64,000 nucleotides of DNA. Origin: Candidatus Nomurabacteria bacterium. GTDB taxonomy: Bacteria > Patescibacteriota > Minisyncoccia > Phycocordibacterales > UBA9973. Within the stretch, counting starts at the first letter, position 1; the number at the start of each line of letters is the position of its first letter. This document shows, one piece after another, positions 1 through 8,807 of this stretch. The stretch covers positions 66,251 to 130,250 of the forward strand of contig JANPIZ010000004.1 of the NCBI GenBank assembly GCA_031425235.1. The letters are read 5' to 3'. The notes below the pieces were generated by a model. That model was not told the origin of the DNA, did no database searches, and saw only the letters and a program-made list of their open reading frames with translations. The position numbers and the translations under genes are program-made.

Positions 1-216
1 CGAAGAAAAATTTATTTTTGAAAATTTTTGAGATTTGTTTTTCTCCCCGATCTTTAGATCGGGATACAAGAAAACATAGTCGCTTCGCTCCTTGTTTTCT
101 AATAAATAAAAAAAACGACAAAATGCCGTCGACCCACTGGATAGGATTTATAGAAATTCTCTACCTATCTTCTTTGCGGCATAGAGACTATACCATATAT
201 TGGATACTTTGCAAAT

Positions 217-357
217 CTACTCTCCGTCTGACGATGTGAGAGCAGCTGAATCTTTTCCTTGTTCGCTAAAACTGCTAGCAAACAATATCCCGATCAAGCC
301 AAAGGCTATGATGACGATAAAAATAATCAGGGTTTTGAAAAAATGTTTGGTGACCAT
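217..357 (-). CDS. Small membrane protein, 46 aa (MVTKHFFKTLIIFIVIIAFGLIGILFASSFSEQGKDSAALTSSDGE); not in the ORF track
   Basis: Manual translation: ATG at 357, TAG at 217-219, one hydrophobic helix; starts 3 nt after the stop of the upstream gene. Confidence 0.6.
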   Translation of the reverse strand: MVTKHFFKTLIIFIVIIAFGLIGILFASSFSEQGKDSAALTSSDGE

Positions 358-360
358 GGG

Positions 361-552
361 TTAGTAGTATCCAGTTATAAGTAAAACGATAAGGAGAACA
401 AGCGCGACGACCAGGAATGAATGCCATATATCCCAATGCATATAAATATTCTTTTTCTTCAAGTAATTAACGACAAATGTATTTGCTTCAAGAAATATCA
501 AAAATGGCAACACAGCTATCATGTACCACACTTGAAAAATTGCCTCCATCAT
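361..552 (-). CDS. Small membrane protein, two predicted TM helices
   Basis: ORF track 361..579; start moved to MMEAIF because a TG-G-TATACT -10 element lies just upstream. Confidence 0.6.
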   Translation of the reverse strand: MMEAIFQVWYMIAVLPFLIFLEANTFVVNYLKKKNIYMHWDIWHSFLVVALVLLIVLLITGYY

Positions 553-585
553 AATACGCTCAGTATACCATGTGCCCAATAAAAC

Positions 586-613
586 AAAAACACCCCAGAA
601 TGGGGTGTTTTTT
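586..613. terminator. Intrinsic terminator
   Basis: AAAAACACCCCA-GAA-TGGGGTGTTTTT hairpin with A/T tails, downstream of 632..1228. Confidence 0.8.
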
Positions 614-631
614 GAATCATTTTTATTACTT

Positions 632-1228
632 TTACTTTACAGTAATTTTCGTAGCAGTATTTCCGTTACAAGATACCGCAACTTCGCCTTTGGTGCCCAT
701 AAAGCTGAGCATGTAGTGATATGGAAGAAGTTTGGCTTTTTTGTTTTGCACACTTAATTCAAGAGTTGCGTTAGAATTGTTGGCTATGAGGACCTGAGTA
801 CCCGCGGTAGATTCAAGTGTTGCTGGAGTGGAAACACAACTCGCGTTAAAGAGAAGGCTTTTACCAGAATATTGTTTTAAGGCTGCTTCGTAACTCAGAT
901 TCCCTTTACTGTCTGCTTTCATCATCGCTCCATCTTTATTGACTTCAGTTTTATTGTCTCCACATGGCTCGCCCGTATTCATGTTGTATAGGTCGCCATC
1001 TTTACATGCCTCGAAAACTTGTTCAAAACATGGTTTACCTGTAGTTCCACTAAAGATATCGCCCTGCTTACATCCCTCTACTACTTCTGTCGATTTTTCG
1101 CTCTTTTTATTATTAACTGCCATAACTATAGCTACGATAATAACAATTAAGGCAACGATGCCTAGTATTACATTCGTCTTATTCTCATTAAACATTGTTT
1201 TTATTTGGTTTATTGTATTGTTTTCCAT
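632..1228 (-). CDS. Membrane-anchored exported protein with two Cys-loop repeats
   Basis: N-terminal TM helix; repeats GCKQGDIFSGTTGKPC and ACKDGDLYNMNTGEPC. Confidence 0.75.
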   Translation of the reverse strand: MENNTINQIKTMFNENKTNVILGIVALIVIIVAIVMAVNNKKSEKSTEVVEGCKQGDIFSGTTGKPCFEQVFEACKDGDLYNMNTGEPCGDNKTEVNKDGAMMKADSKGNLSYEAALKQYSGKSLLFNASCVSTPATLESTAGTQVLIANNSNATLELSVQNKKAKLLPYHYMLSFMGTKGEVAVSCNGNTATKITVK

Positions 1229-1542
1229 CCTGTAGTGAATTTTTAATTTGTTAAATTTTTCGACTTATATAAATAATCTTTTATTCTTCTTTTTATCAAT
1301 CTATTACCCTGCGTAGTTTTTAAATATTTTTCTCTACGCTTAGCATCACTTTCTTCTTTGCATGTTTCGTAGTAAATTATTTCCCATGGTGCATATCTTT
1401 TTGTGGAAAAATTTAACCCTTGATTATGTTCTTTAACTCTTTTCTTTAAATCTGCAGTATAGCCAATATATAATTCCTTGTTTTTAAGACTTTGTAATAT
1501 ATATACATAGAACATAATCGAATTAAAAATCTACTACGGGAT
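1227..1542 (-). mobile_element. Candidate mobile cassette: GIY-YIG gene enclosed by family A inverted arms
   Basis: ATCCTGTAGTGAATTTTT (1227-1244) and AAAAATCTACTACGGGAT (1525-1542) are imperfect inverted repeats hugging the ORF; related arms occur in six nuclease-free copies. Confidence 0.65.
1243..1515 (-). CDS. Stand-alone GIY-YIG family endonuclease, 90 aa
   Basis: FYVYIL...LYIGYT.DL..R..EHN.G...TK...PW......E......A..RE..LK pattern with the catalytic Y/R/H/E positions present. Confidence 0.92.
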   Translation of the reverse strand: MFYVYILQSLKNKELYIGYTADLKKRVKEHNQGLNFSTKRYAPWEIIYYETCKEESDAKRREKYLKTTQGNRLIKRRIKDYLYKSKNLTN

Positions 1543-1583
1543 CCATCCATATAGTATAGCAAAATACTGCCTATTAGTAAAAC

Positions 1584-1612
1584 AAAAAACCACCCGATAA
1601 GGGTGGTTTTTT
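1584..1612. terminator. Intrinsic terminator
   Basis: AAAAAACCACCC-GATAA-GGGTGGTTTTTT downstream of 1660..3636. Confidence 0.8.
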
Positions 1613-1659
1613 GAATACTTTTTAAGGTGTATTAGCCAGACTGTATCTAATCTAACCTA

Positions 1660-3636
1660 TTAAGGAAGATTTAGGAATACAGGATCAGTCTTGTAGTCAC
1701 CAGGAAGATCGAAGTCAAATACGAAGTCGTCTCCACCAGCACCAGACAAGCCCCAACCGATAGCTTCAAGAGCAACTTGAGCGAATGCATCGCCAGTTGC
1801 AACTGCGCTAACAGTCAAAGTGATAGTTTCAGATGTGCCTTCTTCAATTAAGAATGCGACACCACCTTGTGTATCACCTGTTGATGTTGTAGTACAAGAA
1901 GCGGTATTGCTACCAGGGTTTGTAATACTAAATGAAGTAGCAGTAGATACTTCAGAACCATCGTTATCTTCTACACAAGTATTGTCGATTGCGATATCTC
2001 CATCAAATGCAGTAACTTTGTATTTGATTACGAATGTACCAATATCTCCAACAGTTGCAGTATCAGAAGATTGTTTTGATTCTGTAGCACTTACCAATTC
2101 AATATTGAATCCTACGTCGTAAGTAGCGTGAGCTTCACCTGCAGCTGTACCTGTAAGGTCAGCAGCACCTAATTCTTCACCACTTTCGTCTTCAGCTTCA
2201 ATAGCGTCAACTTCTGTACCTGTGAGCTCTACTTTTACAGTATCGCCATCATCAAGTACTCCACCAACGTCTTGTAAGCTTACAGAAACAGTGAATTTTA
2301 CTTCATCACCAGCTTCGATATCTATATCAAGATCATCGAAAGTAACAGCACCACCTGTAGGAACATCCTCAGTAGCTATTTCTTCCCCATCCATCCATAG
2401 TTTAGCTTCAACAACTATAACAGCTTCATCTGTTTCTCCAGTTGTTGTAATAAGAACTGGGATTTCAGTAACGTTTATGTCTGAATCTCCTTCCGCCTCA
2501 AGAGTGAAAGCAAGAACTTCAACATCGTCTGTATCATCAGAAGCGTCTACGTTGATAACGTGAGCATCGTTGATATCATCCTCAGCTGAATCCAAAGCAA
2601 CTTTCAACTCAGCATCAGATGCAGTAGCAAAATCTGCGAAGTCAAATGTTTCCTCAACTGTATCGTCAACAATTTCTTCGTCAACATCAAGTGTTAGAGT
2701 TTCTGTAGTTACAACTCCTTCAGCATCTTCGAATCGAACGTTTGATACACCTCCGTACCACACATCTGTATCAATATCGCCAGAATCAAGATTTGAAAGT
2801 GCACTTACAGCAACTGTGAACTCTTCAGTATCACCCTTTCGTACGATTGCACCGTCAAGAGAAACTGATTTTGACCATACATCGCTATTTTCAGAGAAAG
2901 AGTCTACGTCAGCTTCACCAACCTTTGTAGAACCCATCCAGATAGAAACTGATTCTGCGTAATCATCAAGATTTTCAGAGTCAGCTGCTGTTCCTTGGAA
3001 GAATTCAACTTTTACAGAAGTAACTTCAACGTCTGACTCATCGTCAGCTTCTACGTCGAAAGAAATAATTTCTACATCTTCCTCACCTTCACCAACCTCT
3101 TCACTTGAGTAAGATGAATTTGCTTCTATAGTGATTGAACCTGCTCCACCGGTTAGTGGACCACCAGTTGATGGTGTTGTTGTTGTACTATCACATTTCT
3201 TGCCAGTAGTTGGACTGTATCCAGCTGTTGATGAACAACCTGCTGGAAGTCCTGTTGATGGACCAGAAGTACATGGAAGACCAGTAGTTGTACTATATCC
3301 AGAAGCTGAAGTACAGCCAGCTGGGAAGTTACCACTAACAGAACCATTTAACGCAGCACGAGTCATAGGGCCAACGATACCGTCAGCAGTTAGACCCTTA
3401 CTTGTTTGGAAAGCCTTAACTGCAGCTAAAGTCATAGGACCGAAGCTACCGTCTGGGTTGGTTCCAACTTTTCCCTGAAGACATTGAACTTCAACGCCCT
3501 TAGAACCTAATTTCAATGTAACAGTGACTGCACAATCAGCTGAAGCTGGAGTTGCCTTAACAGCAACTGCACCTACGAACATAACTGCTACAACCAAAGT
3601 TCCAAGAAAGAATTTTGATTTTAATAAGTTACTCAT
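1660..3636 (-). CDS. Secreted peptidoglycan-binding, S-layer-like acidic surface protein
   Basis: Signal peptide; PGBD motif LKLGSKGVEVQCLQ...DGSFGPMTLAAVKAFQ...GLTADGIVGPMTRAALN; Cys-loop repeats; long Asp/Glu-rich beta-rich body. Confidence 0.85.
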   Translation of the reverse strand: MSNLLKSKFFLGTLVVAVMFVGAVAVKATPASADCAVTVTLKLGSKGVEVQCLQGKVGTNPDGSFGPMTLAAVKAFQTSKGLTADGIVGPMTRAALNGSVSGNFPAGCTSASGYSTTTGLPCTSGPSTGLPAGCSSTAGYSPTTGKKCDSTTTTPSTGGPLTGGAGSITIEANSSYSSEEVGEGEEDVEIISFDVEADDESDVEVTSVKVEFFQGTAADSENLDDYAESVSIWMGSTKVGEADVDSFSENSDVWSKSVSLDGAIVRKGDTEEFTVAVSALSNLDSGDIDTDVWYGGVSNVRFEDAEGVVTTETLTLDVDEEIVDDTVEETFDFADFATASDAELKVALDSAEDDINDAHVINVDASDDTDDVEVLAFTLEAEGDSDINVTEIPVLITTTGETDEAVIVVEAKLWMDGEEIATEDVPTGGAVTFDDLDIDIEAGDEVKFTVSVSLQDVGGVLDDGDTVKVELTGTEVDAIEAEDESGEELGAADLTGTAAGEAHATYDVGFNIELVSATESKQSSDTATVGDIGTFVIKYKVTAFDGDIAIDNTCVEDNDGSEVSTATSFSITNPGSNTASCTTTSTGDTQGGVAFLIEEGTSETITLTVSAVATGDAFAQVALEAIGWGLSGAGGDDFVFDFDLPGDYKTDPVFLNLP

Positions 3637-4117
3637 AAATTTTTATAATTTCTACGCCATTAATAAGTTTCGACAAAACTAAAAGCGTAATTTTCTTATC
3701 ATTATCTTACTCGTCATTAACTAATTAATAATTGCTAATAATGCGACGAATAAATAAATAATGAATAGAGATAAACATAATTGAAAACTAAATCTAAACA
3801 AATAGTATTTAATTTTCAATGACCTTACTTTTACCGAGAGATACACAATTGTATTGCTCGGCATTTATTTTCATACTGTATCACTTGAAATTTTTTCGAC
3901 GAAATTGCAAGCGAGGATCAGAACGAAAATAAATTATTGTTAGATTATGAATTACACAAAAAAATGCGCAGTTCATAACCACAACAACATTATAATATGG
4001 TGGCTCGAAACCGAGCAACAATATTATGTGGATAACTTACCCACGGATTACATATTTACATATTTTTGTCGAAAATGCAAATCAAAACCAAGGTCAGCAC
4101 CTGCTTATAATTGACGA

Positions 4118-4906
4118 TTAAAGAGGCAATTCATTACGTACTAAATCACCCTCAATTTTAAGTGAATATTTGCTCCAGCGTTTTTCTCCTTTTTTATCGA
4201 GGATGTTGTCTTTGACCATTGATACGAGCTCCCGTTGCAAGGTTTTTTCACCACAAGTAGCAAGAGCCGGTGAACCTTTCTGCTTTACTTCTGTTATGGT
4301 GGCGTTACCGTTATTGTCTTTTATTGCCTGGATGATATCTGCCCGACGTTGCTTTTTGAGGCCAAAAAATTGATTCTCAGAGCTATTATTTATGGGAAGA
4401 TTGATGCCTTTATTTTTATTATTGTCAGGTATTCTAAGGCGTGTTTCTGTCGACATCTGTTCAGCAAGCGAAACTTGAGGTTCTTTTAAAAATTCTTCGA
4501 GCCAGGCGTGGCTTACGATGCTCGTTTTTTGTTTAGTTTCTCCGAGAGTTTGATAGAAAATCATAAATTCTTTTTTTAGAATATTGCAGTTCATTTCAGA
4601 AATTAAATGGATAGTCAAAGAGATGTCCAATAGAGATAAAATAGCTTGTACTTTGTCCTTGATGTCTGACCTTGATTGGGAACTGATGTCCGATAAAATA
4701 TTAGCGCCAAGTGTCCTTAAGTTGAGGCGTATCGGTTCTGTTTTTTCAATGATGTCCGTGACAATATACAATGCCGTAATAAGCTTATTTAATTTTTGAT
4801 ATGAGTTGGTCATTGCTTGATCTTCTTCATAAAGGACATTCAAAGAAAGGTTGTCTTTTAAGAGATTTTTTGTAGTGTCCTTTATATTTTTATCATGTCC
4901 GAACAT
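4118..4906 (-). CDS. Hypothetical protein with putative C-terminal winged-helix domain
   Basis: C-terminal RRADIIQAIK...TITEV......CGEKTLQRELVSMVKDNILDKKGEKRWSKYSL resembles a wHTH with wing. Confidence 0.7.
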   Translation of the reverse strand: MFGHDKNIKDTTKNLLKDNLSLNVLYEEDQAMTNSYQKLNKLITALYIVTDIIEKTEPIRLNLRTLGANILSDISSQSRSDIKDKVQAILSLLDISLTIHLISEMNCNILKKEFMIFYQTLGETKQKTSIVSHAWLEEFLKEPQVSLAEQMSTETRLRIPDNNKNKGINLPINNSSENQFFGLKKQRRADIIQAIKDNNGNATITEVKQKGSPALATCGEKTLQRELVSMVKDNILDKKGEKRWSKYSLKIEGDLVRNELPL

Positions 4907-4916
4907 ATGTCTTTTA
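4623..4916. repeat. Array of 11 TGTC(C/T) motifs (best form RTGTCYTTTA) in the 5' part of the wHTH gene
   Basis: Copies near 4623, 4653, 4662, 4686, 4711, 4752, 4830 (inverted), 4851, 4875, 4895, 4907. Confidence 0.65.
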
Positions 4917-4931
4917 TATCATCAAGCGAGG

Positions 4932-4961
4932 GATAAAACAAGAGGTACCTCTTGTTTTATC
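4932..4961. repeat. Perfect 30-bp palindrome
   Basis: GATAAAACAAGAGGT-ACCTCTTGTTTTATC between the divergent wHTH gene and ftsK. Confidence 0.9.
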
Positions 4962-5111
4962 TCGATTGCCAATGATATATCGTAATCCATATGTGGGGCA
5001 CAGAAAATTGCAAGATACCTACTATAAAAAATAAACGCAATGTTCTAGAGATCTGGCCGCACCTAACTTGAGCAGAGCAATTTTTTTTATGTTAAAATAT
5101 ACATCATGGCA

Positions 5112-5150
5112 CCTGCCCGCAATGCTTTCAGCATAGCTGATGCAGGCGGG
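5112..5150 (+). repeat. Family B 39-bp palindromic element, copy 1 (ftsK 5' end)
   Basis: CCTGCCCGCAATGCTTTCAGCATAGCTGATGCAGGCGGG. Confidence 0.95.
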
Positions 5151-5155
5151 AAAAA

Positions 5156-7357
5156 ATGAAACAAAATAAAAAAAATAAAACAACCAAAGAAAAGACGCAC
5201 ATACAAGACAACTCGAAAGGATTAAAAACTCACACAAAACACGGCATCGTAGGTGTTGTTTTTTTTGTGTTAGCGTTATTTTTTTTAATGGCGTGGCTCA
5301 ACATTGCTGGAGTAGCCGGTGACTTTTTTTACAACACACTATTCCTCCCTTTGCTTGGTTTTGGATACATACTATTACCTACACTTTTTGTATTACTTGG
5401 TTATTCATTTATAAAATCCGAAGTTCCGAATATTGGATGGGCACGAGTGTTTAGTGGTTCACTTTTTCTCCTCGCTGGTGAAGGCATTATAGATATCGCT
5501 TCCGGCACTCATGCAGGCGGACTTATCGGAGAAATTTTATCAACACCATTTGTATCATTGTTTGATGTGTACGCAAGTATACTTTTCCTCGGAGCAATTT
5601 TGATCATTTCTATTTTAGTAATGTTTGATGCAAAGATAGACTTCACTGCTATGCTCCAAAAAATAAAATCATTCTTTGTAAAAGAAACCCCGGTGATCGA
5701 AGACGATGTTGCGCTCCAACAGACCACTGAAGAAGAGGAAATGAATCCGCCGAAAGAAACTGCGACTGAAAAAATAAAAAGTATATTGAGTTCAGTAAAA
5801 TCAAAACCTGCAGAAGAAGAGGAGGAAATGCCCCTAAAAAACTATCAGCAGAAAAAAAGTGGGCTCGTCTCTACATACGTCCCTCCCCCACTATCTCTCC
5901 TTGCTGAGGACAGCGGTAAACCAAACACGGGTGACATCAAAGCAAATGCAAATATTATAAAACGTACGCTCGCAAACTTCGGTATCGAAGTTGAGATGGA
6001 TGAGATCACTGTTGGACCCACTGTTACTCGCTACGCACTCAAACCCGCCGAAGGAGTTAAACTTTCTCGTATTGTTGGTTTGCAAAATGATCTTGCTCTT
6101 TCCCTCGCCGCACACCCGATACGTATCGAAGCACCGATCCCTGGTAAGTCACTCGTAGGTATCGAAATACCAAACAAATCAAAATCAATTGTTGGACTTG
6201 CTACGCTCCTCTCTGATAATAAATTCAAGGATTCACCAAAACCACTGACGATGGCTCTCGGTCGCTCAATATCTGGTAAGGCGATGTTTAGCAACTTGGC
6301 AAAAATGCCGCATGTTCTGGTCGCCGGTACTACTGGTTCCGGAAAATCAGTAACTATCCATTCAATGATCACTTCCCTTTTATATAGAAATGGACCTGAC
6401 GACCTCAAATTCATCCTAATCGATCCAAAACGCGTCGAGCTTACGCTTTACAACAACATTCCTCACCTACTCACACCAGTGATCACTGATGCCAAGAAAA
6501 CAATACTTGCGCTCAAATGGGCAGCAAAAGAAATGGATCGACGATACGATATATTGGAACAAGAATCAGTGCGTGACATTGAATCGTATCATAATAATAT
6601 ATACGGCAAAGGTCCGAAAAAAATGAAGAAAAATAGTGAGGGTGTAGACGAAGAGGTGGTTCCGGACCGCATGCCTTATATTGTCATCTTTATCGACGAG
6701 CTTGCAGATATTATGAGCGCCTATCCACGAGAACTTGAGTCAGCCATCGTTCGCCTTGCACAAATGTCTCGTGCGGTGGGTATCCACTTAGTCCTTTCTA
6801 CGCAGCGGCCTGAAGTAAATGTCATCACTGGACTTATCAAAGCTAACGTTCCTGCTCGCGTCGCCTTGAAGGTTTCTTCGCAAATAGACTCACGTACAAT
6901 ATTGGATGCAGGAGGTGCGGAAAAACTCCTCGGTGCTGGTGACATGCTCTACTCTTCTGGTGAGGCGCAGCCTGAACGCCTTCAATCTGCATTTATTTCT
7001 GAAGGAGAAGTAAAGAAAGTAGTAAAATATCTCGCCGATGCATATCGGGACGAAATATCAGATGAGATAACACTTACTGCAGCCGCTGTAGCAGGCGATA
7101 AAAGCATTTTCGAAAGCACTCTCGACGACGATGGCGATGAAGATGAAATGTATGAGGAAGCTCGTGCGTGTGTCATCGAAGCAGGTAAAGCATCGACATC
7201 ATACCTACAAAGAAAGCTAAAACTGGGTTACGCACGTGCTGCTCGCCTCATGGATACACTCGAAGAACGAGGTGTTATCGGACCTGGAGATGGTGCAAAA
7301 CCTCGCGAGGTTTTGGAAAAAATCACTCATGATGAAAATGGAGCAAATGTAATATAG
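5156..7357 (+). CDS. ftsK: DNA translocase FtsK/SpoIIIE
   Basis: N-terminal TM helices; MPHVLVAGTTGSGKS Walker A; IDPKRVEL; gamma domain ASTSYLQRKLKLGYARAARLMD. Confidence 0.97.
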   Translation: MKQNKKNKTTKEKTHIQDNSKGLKTHTKHGIVGVVFFVLALFFLMAWLNIAGVAGDFFYNTLFLPLLGFGYILLPTLFVLLGYSFIKSEVPNIGWARVFSGSLFLLAGEGIIDIASGTHAGGLIGEILSTPFVSLFDVYASILFLGAILIISILVMFDAKIDFTAMLQKIKSFFVKETPVIEDDVALQQTTEEEEMNPPKETATEKIKSILSSVKSKPAEEEEEMPLKNYQQKKSGLVSTYVPPPLSLLAEDSGKPNTGDIKANANIIKRTLANFGIEVEMDEITVGPTVTRYALKPAEGVKLSRIVGLQNDLALSLAAHPIRIEAPIPGKSLVGIEIPNKSKSIVGLATLLSDNKFKDSPKPLTMALGRSISGKAMFSNLAKMPHVLVAGTTGSGKSVTIHSMITSLLYRNGPDDLKFILIDPKRVELTLYNNIPHLLTPVITDAKKTILALKWAAKEMDRRYDILEQESVRDIESYHNNIYGKGPKKMKKNSEGVDEEVVPDRMPYIVIFIDELADIMSAYPRELESAIVRLAQMSRAVGIHLVLSTQRPEVNVITGLIKANVPARVALKVSSQIDSRTILDAGGAEKLLGAGDMLYSSGEAQPERLQSAFISEGEVKKVVKYLADAYRDEISDEITLTAAAVAGDKSIFESTLDDDGDEDEMYEEARACVIEAGKASTSYLQRKLKLGYARAARLMDTLEERGVIGPGDGAKPREVLEKITHDENGANVI

Positions 7358-7375
7358 TGTGGTATAGTAAGGATA

Positions 7376-7720
7376 ATGAGCATTACACTAAAAAAATTCC
7401 TACAAATTAGCAGCGTCTCTCTATTTTTCATTATTATTGTCGTATTTGCTTTTTTTAGGTCATACAATATCGTCTTTGGGCTGAAAATCAGAGATGTAAA
7501 CATCGTGGATGGATCTCGAGCCTTAGATGACACGTTACATATAACCGGAAACGCCAAAAATGCAGTAAATCTCGCTATAAATGGACGAACAATATCGATA
7601 AATCATGCAGGTGATTTTAATGAGACAATAGCTCTTCTTTCGGGGTATAATATAATAAACATAACTGCCAAAGATAAGTTTGGGTATGTTGATGAGAAGA
7701 ATTATAAATTAATGTATTAA
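7376..7720 (+). CDS. Membrane-anchored Ig-like domain protein
   Basis: N-terminal TM; ITG.A.NA..L.ING......G.F...I.L..G.N.I.ITAKD.FG beta-sandwich pattern. Confidence 0.7.
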   Translation: MSITLKKFLQISSVSLFFIIIVVFAFFRSYNIVFGLKIRDVNIVDGSRALDDTLHITGNAKNAVNLAINGRTISINHAGDFNETIALLSGYNIINITAKDKFGYVDEKNYKLMY

Positions 7721-7724
7721 TTGT

Positions 7725-8804
7725 ATGATAAAGAAAAAAGTAAAAAAAGAGGATAAAACAGTGGGTGTGAGTGTGCTAGAAGATACACTCAAATCAATTC
7801 AAAATAAATTTGGAGAAGGATCGATCATGAAGTTCGGCGATTCCCCTAAGGTGGATATCAACGTCATACCTACTGGATCTATCGGACTCGACGAAGCGCT
7901 CGGTGTCGGTGGCATACCCCGTGGCCGAATCATCGAAATATTTGGACCGGAATCATCAGGCAAAACTACCCTTTCTCTACATATAGTAGCCGAAGCACAG
8001 AAGTCGGGTGGAGTGTGTGCTTATATTGATGCAGAACACGCAATGGATCCTGAGTATACTAAAAAGCTCGGAGTTAATATAAATAACTTACTTATCTCTC
8101 AACCCGACAATGGTGAACAAGCACTTGAAATAGTGGAGAGCTTGGTGCGCACTGGCAAGATCGACGTGATCGTCATTGACTCAGTGGCTGCGCTTACACC
8201 AAAAGATGAAATCGAGGGCGATATGGGAGCGTACCACGTCGGTAAACAAGCTCGGCTTATGTCCCAAGCACTTCGTAAACTCACAGCTATAGTGGCTCGT
8301 TCAAAGACTGTGGTTATCTTCATCAACCAAATCAGAATGCAGATAGGAGTGATGTTTGGTAATCCAGAGACTACACCAGGAGGTAAGGCGCTCAAATTTT
8401 ATACTTCTGTAAGACTTGATATTCGTAAAATTGCTCAAATTAAAAAAGGTGAAGAAGTCGTCGGCTCTCGCACTCGAGTGAAAGTAGTCAAAAATAAAGT
8501 AGCTGCACCATTCAAACAAACAGAATTTGATATTATTTATGGTGAAGGTATTTCAAGCGAAGGAGAAATGATGGCTCTCGGCGAAAAATTTAAAATTGTT
8601 GAAAAAACTGGTAACTCATACTTCTATGCCCCTACTGGTCCTGCCCGCAATGCTTCTAGCACAGCTAGTGCAGGCGGGGAAAAAGCTGAGAAGATAAAGC
8701 TCGGTGTCGGATATGACGCTACCCGTAAATTCCTCAAGGAAAACAAAAAAATAGGCGACGCGATACTCAAAGAAATCAAAAAGAAGTTTAAAGAAGAACT
8801 TTAA
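7725..8804 (+). CDS. recA: Recombinase RecA with a 13-aa element-derived insert
   Basis: [52 protein letters not shown]. Confidence 0.99.
   Translation: MIKKKVKKEDKTVGVSVLEDTLKSIQNKFGEGSIMKFGDSPKVDINVIPTGSIGLDEALGVGGIPRGRIIEIFGPESSGKTTLSLHIVAEAQKSGGVCAYIDAEHAMDPEYTKKLGVNINNLLISQPDNGEQALEIVESLVRTGKIDVIVIDSVAALTPKDEIEGDMGAYHVGKQARLMSQALRKLTAIVARSKTVVIFINQIRMQIGVMFGNPETTPGGKALKFYTSVRLDIRKIAQIKKGEEVVGSRTRVKVVKNKVAAPFKQTEFDIIYGEGISSEGEMMALGEKFKIVEKTGNSYFYAPTGPARNASSTASAGGEKAEKIKLGVGYDATRKFLKENKKIGDAILKEIKKKFKEEL
8640..8678 (+). repeat. Family B element, copy 2, in frame in recA ([13 protein letters not shown])
   Basis: CCTGCCCGCAATGCTTCTAGCACAGCTAGTGCAGGCGGG. Confidence 0.95.
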
Positions 8805-8807
8805 AAA

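Noticed and set aside
1820-3478. Long plus-strand ORFs opposite the surface protein, and similar shadow ORFs throughout
   Set aside because: Antisense shadows of biased codon usage; Ser/Thr-rich nonsense with no motifs
3900-5100. Replication origin
   Set aside because: Only one perfect and one imperfect DnaA box, no dnaA/dnaN nearby and no lasting switch in gene orientation; a GC-skew analysis would be needed
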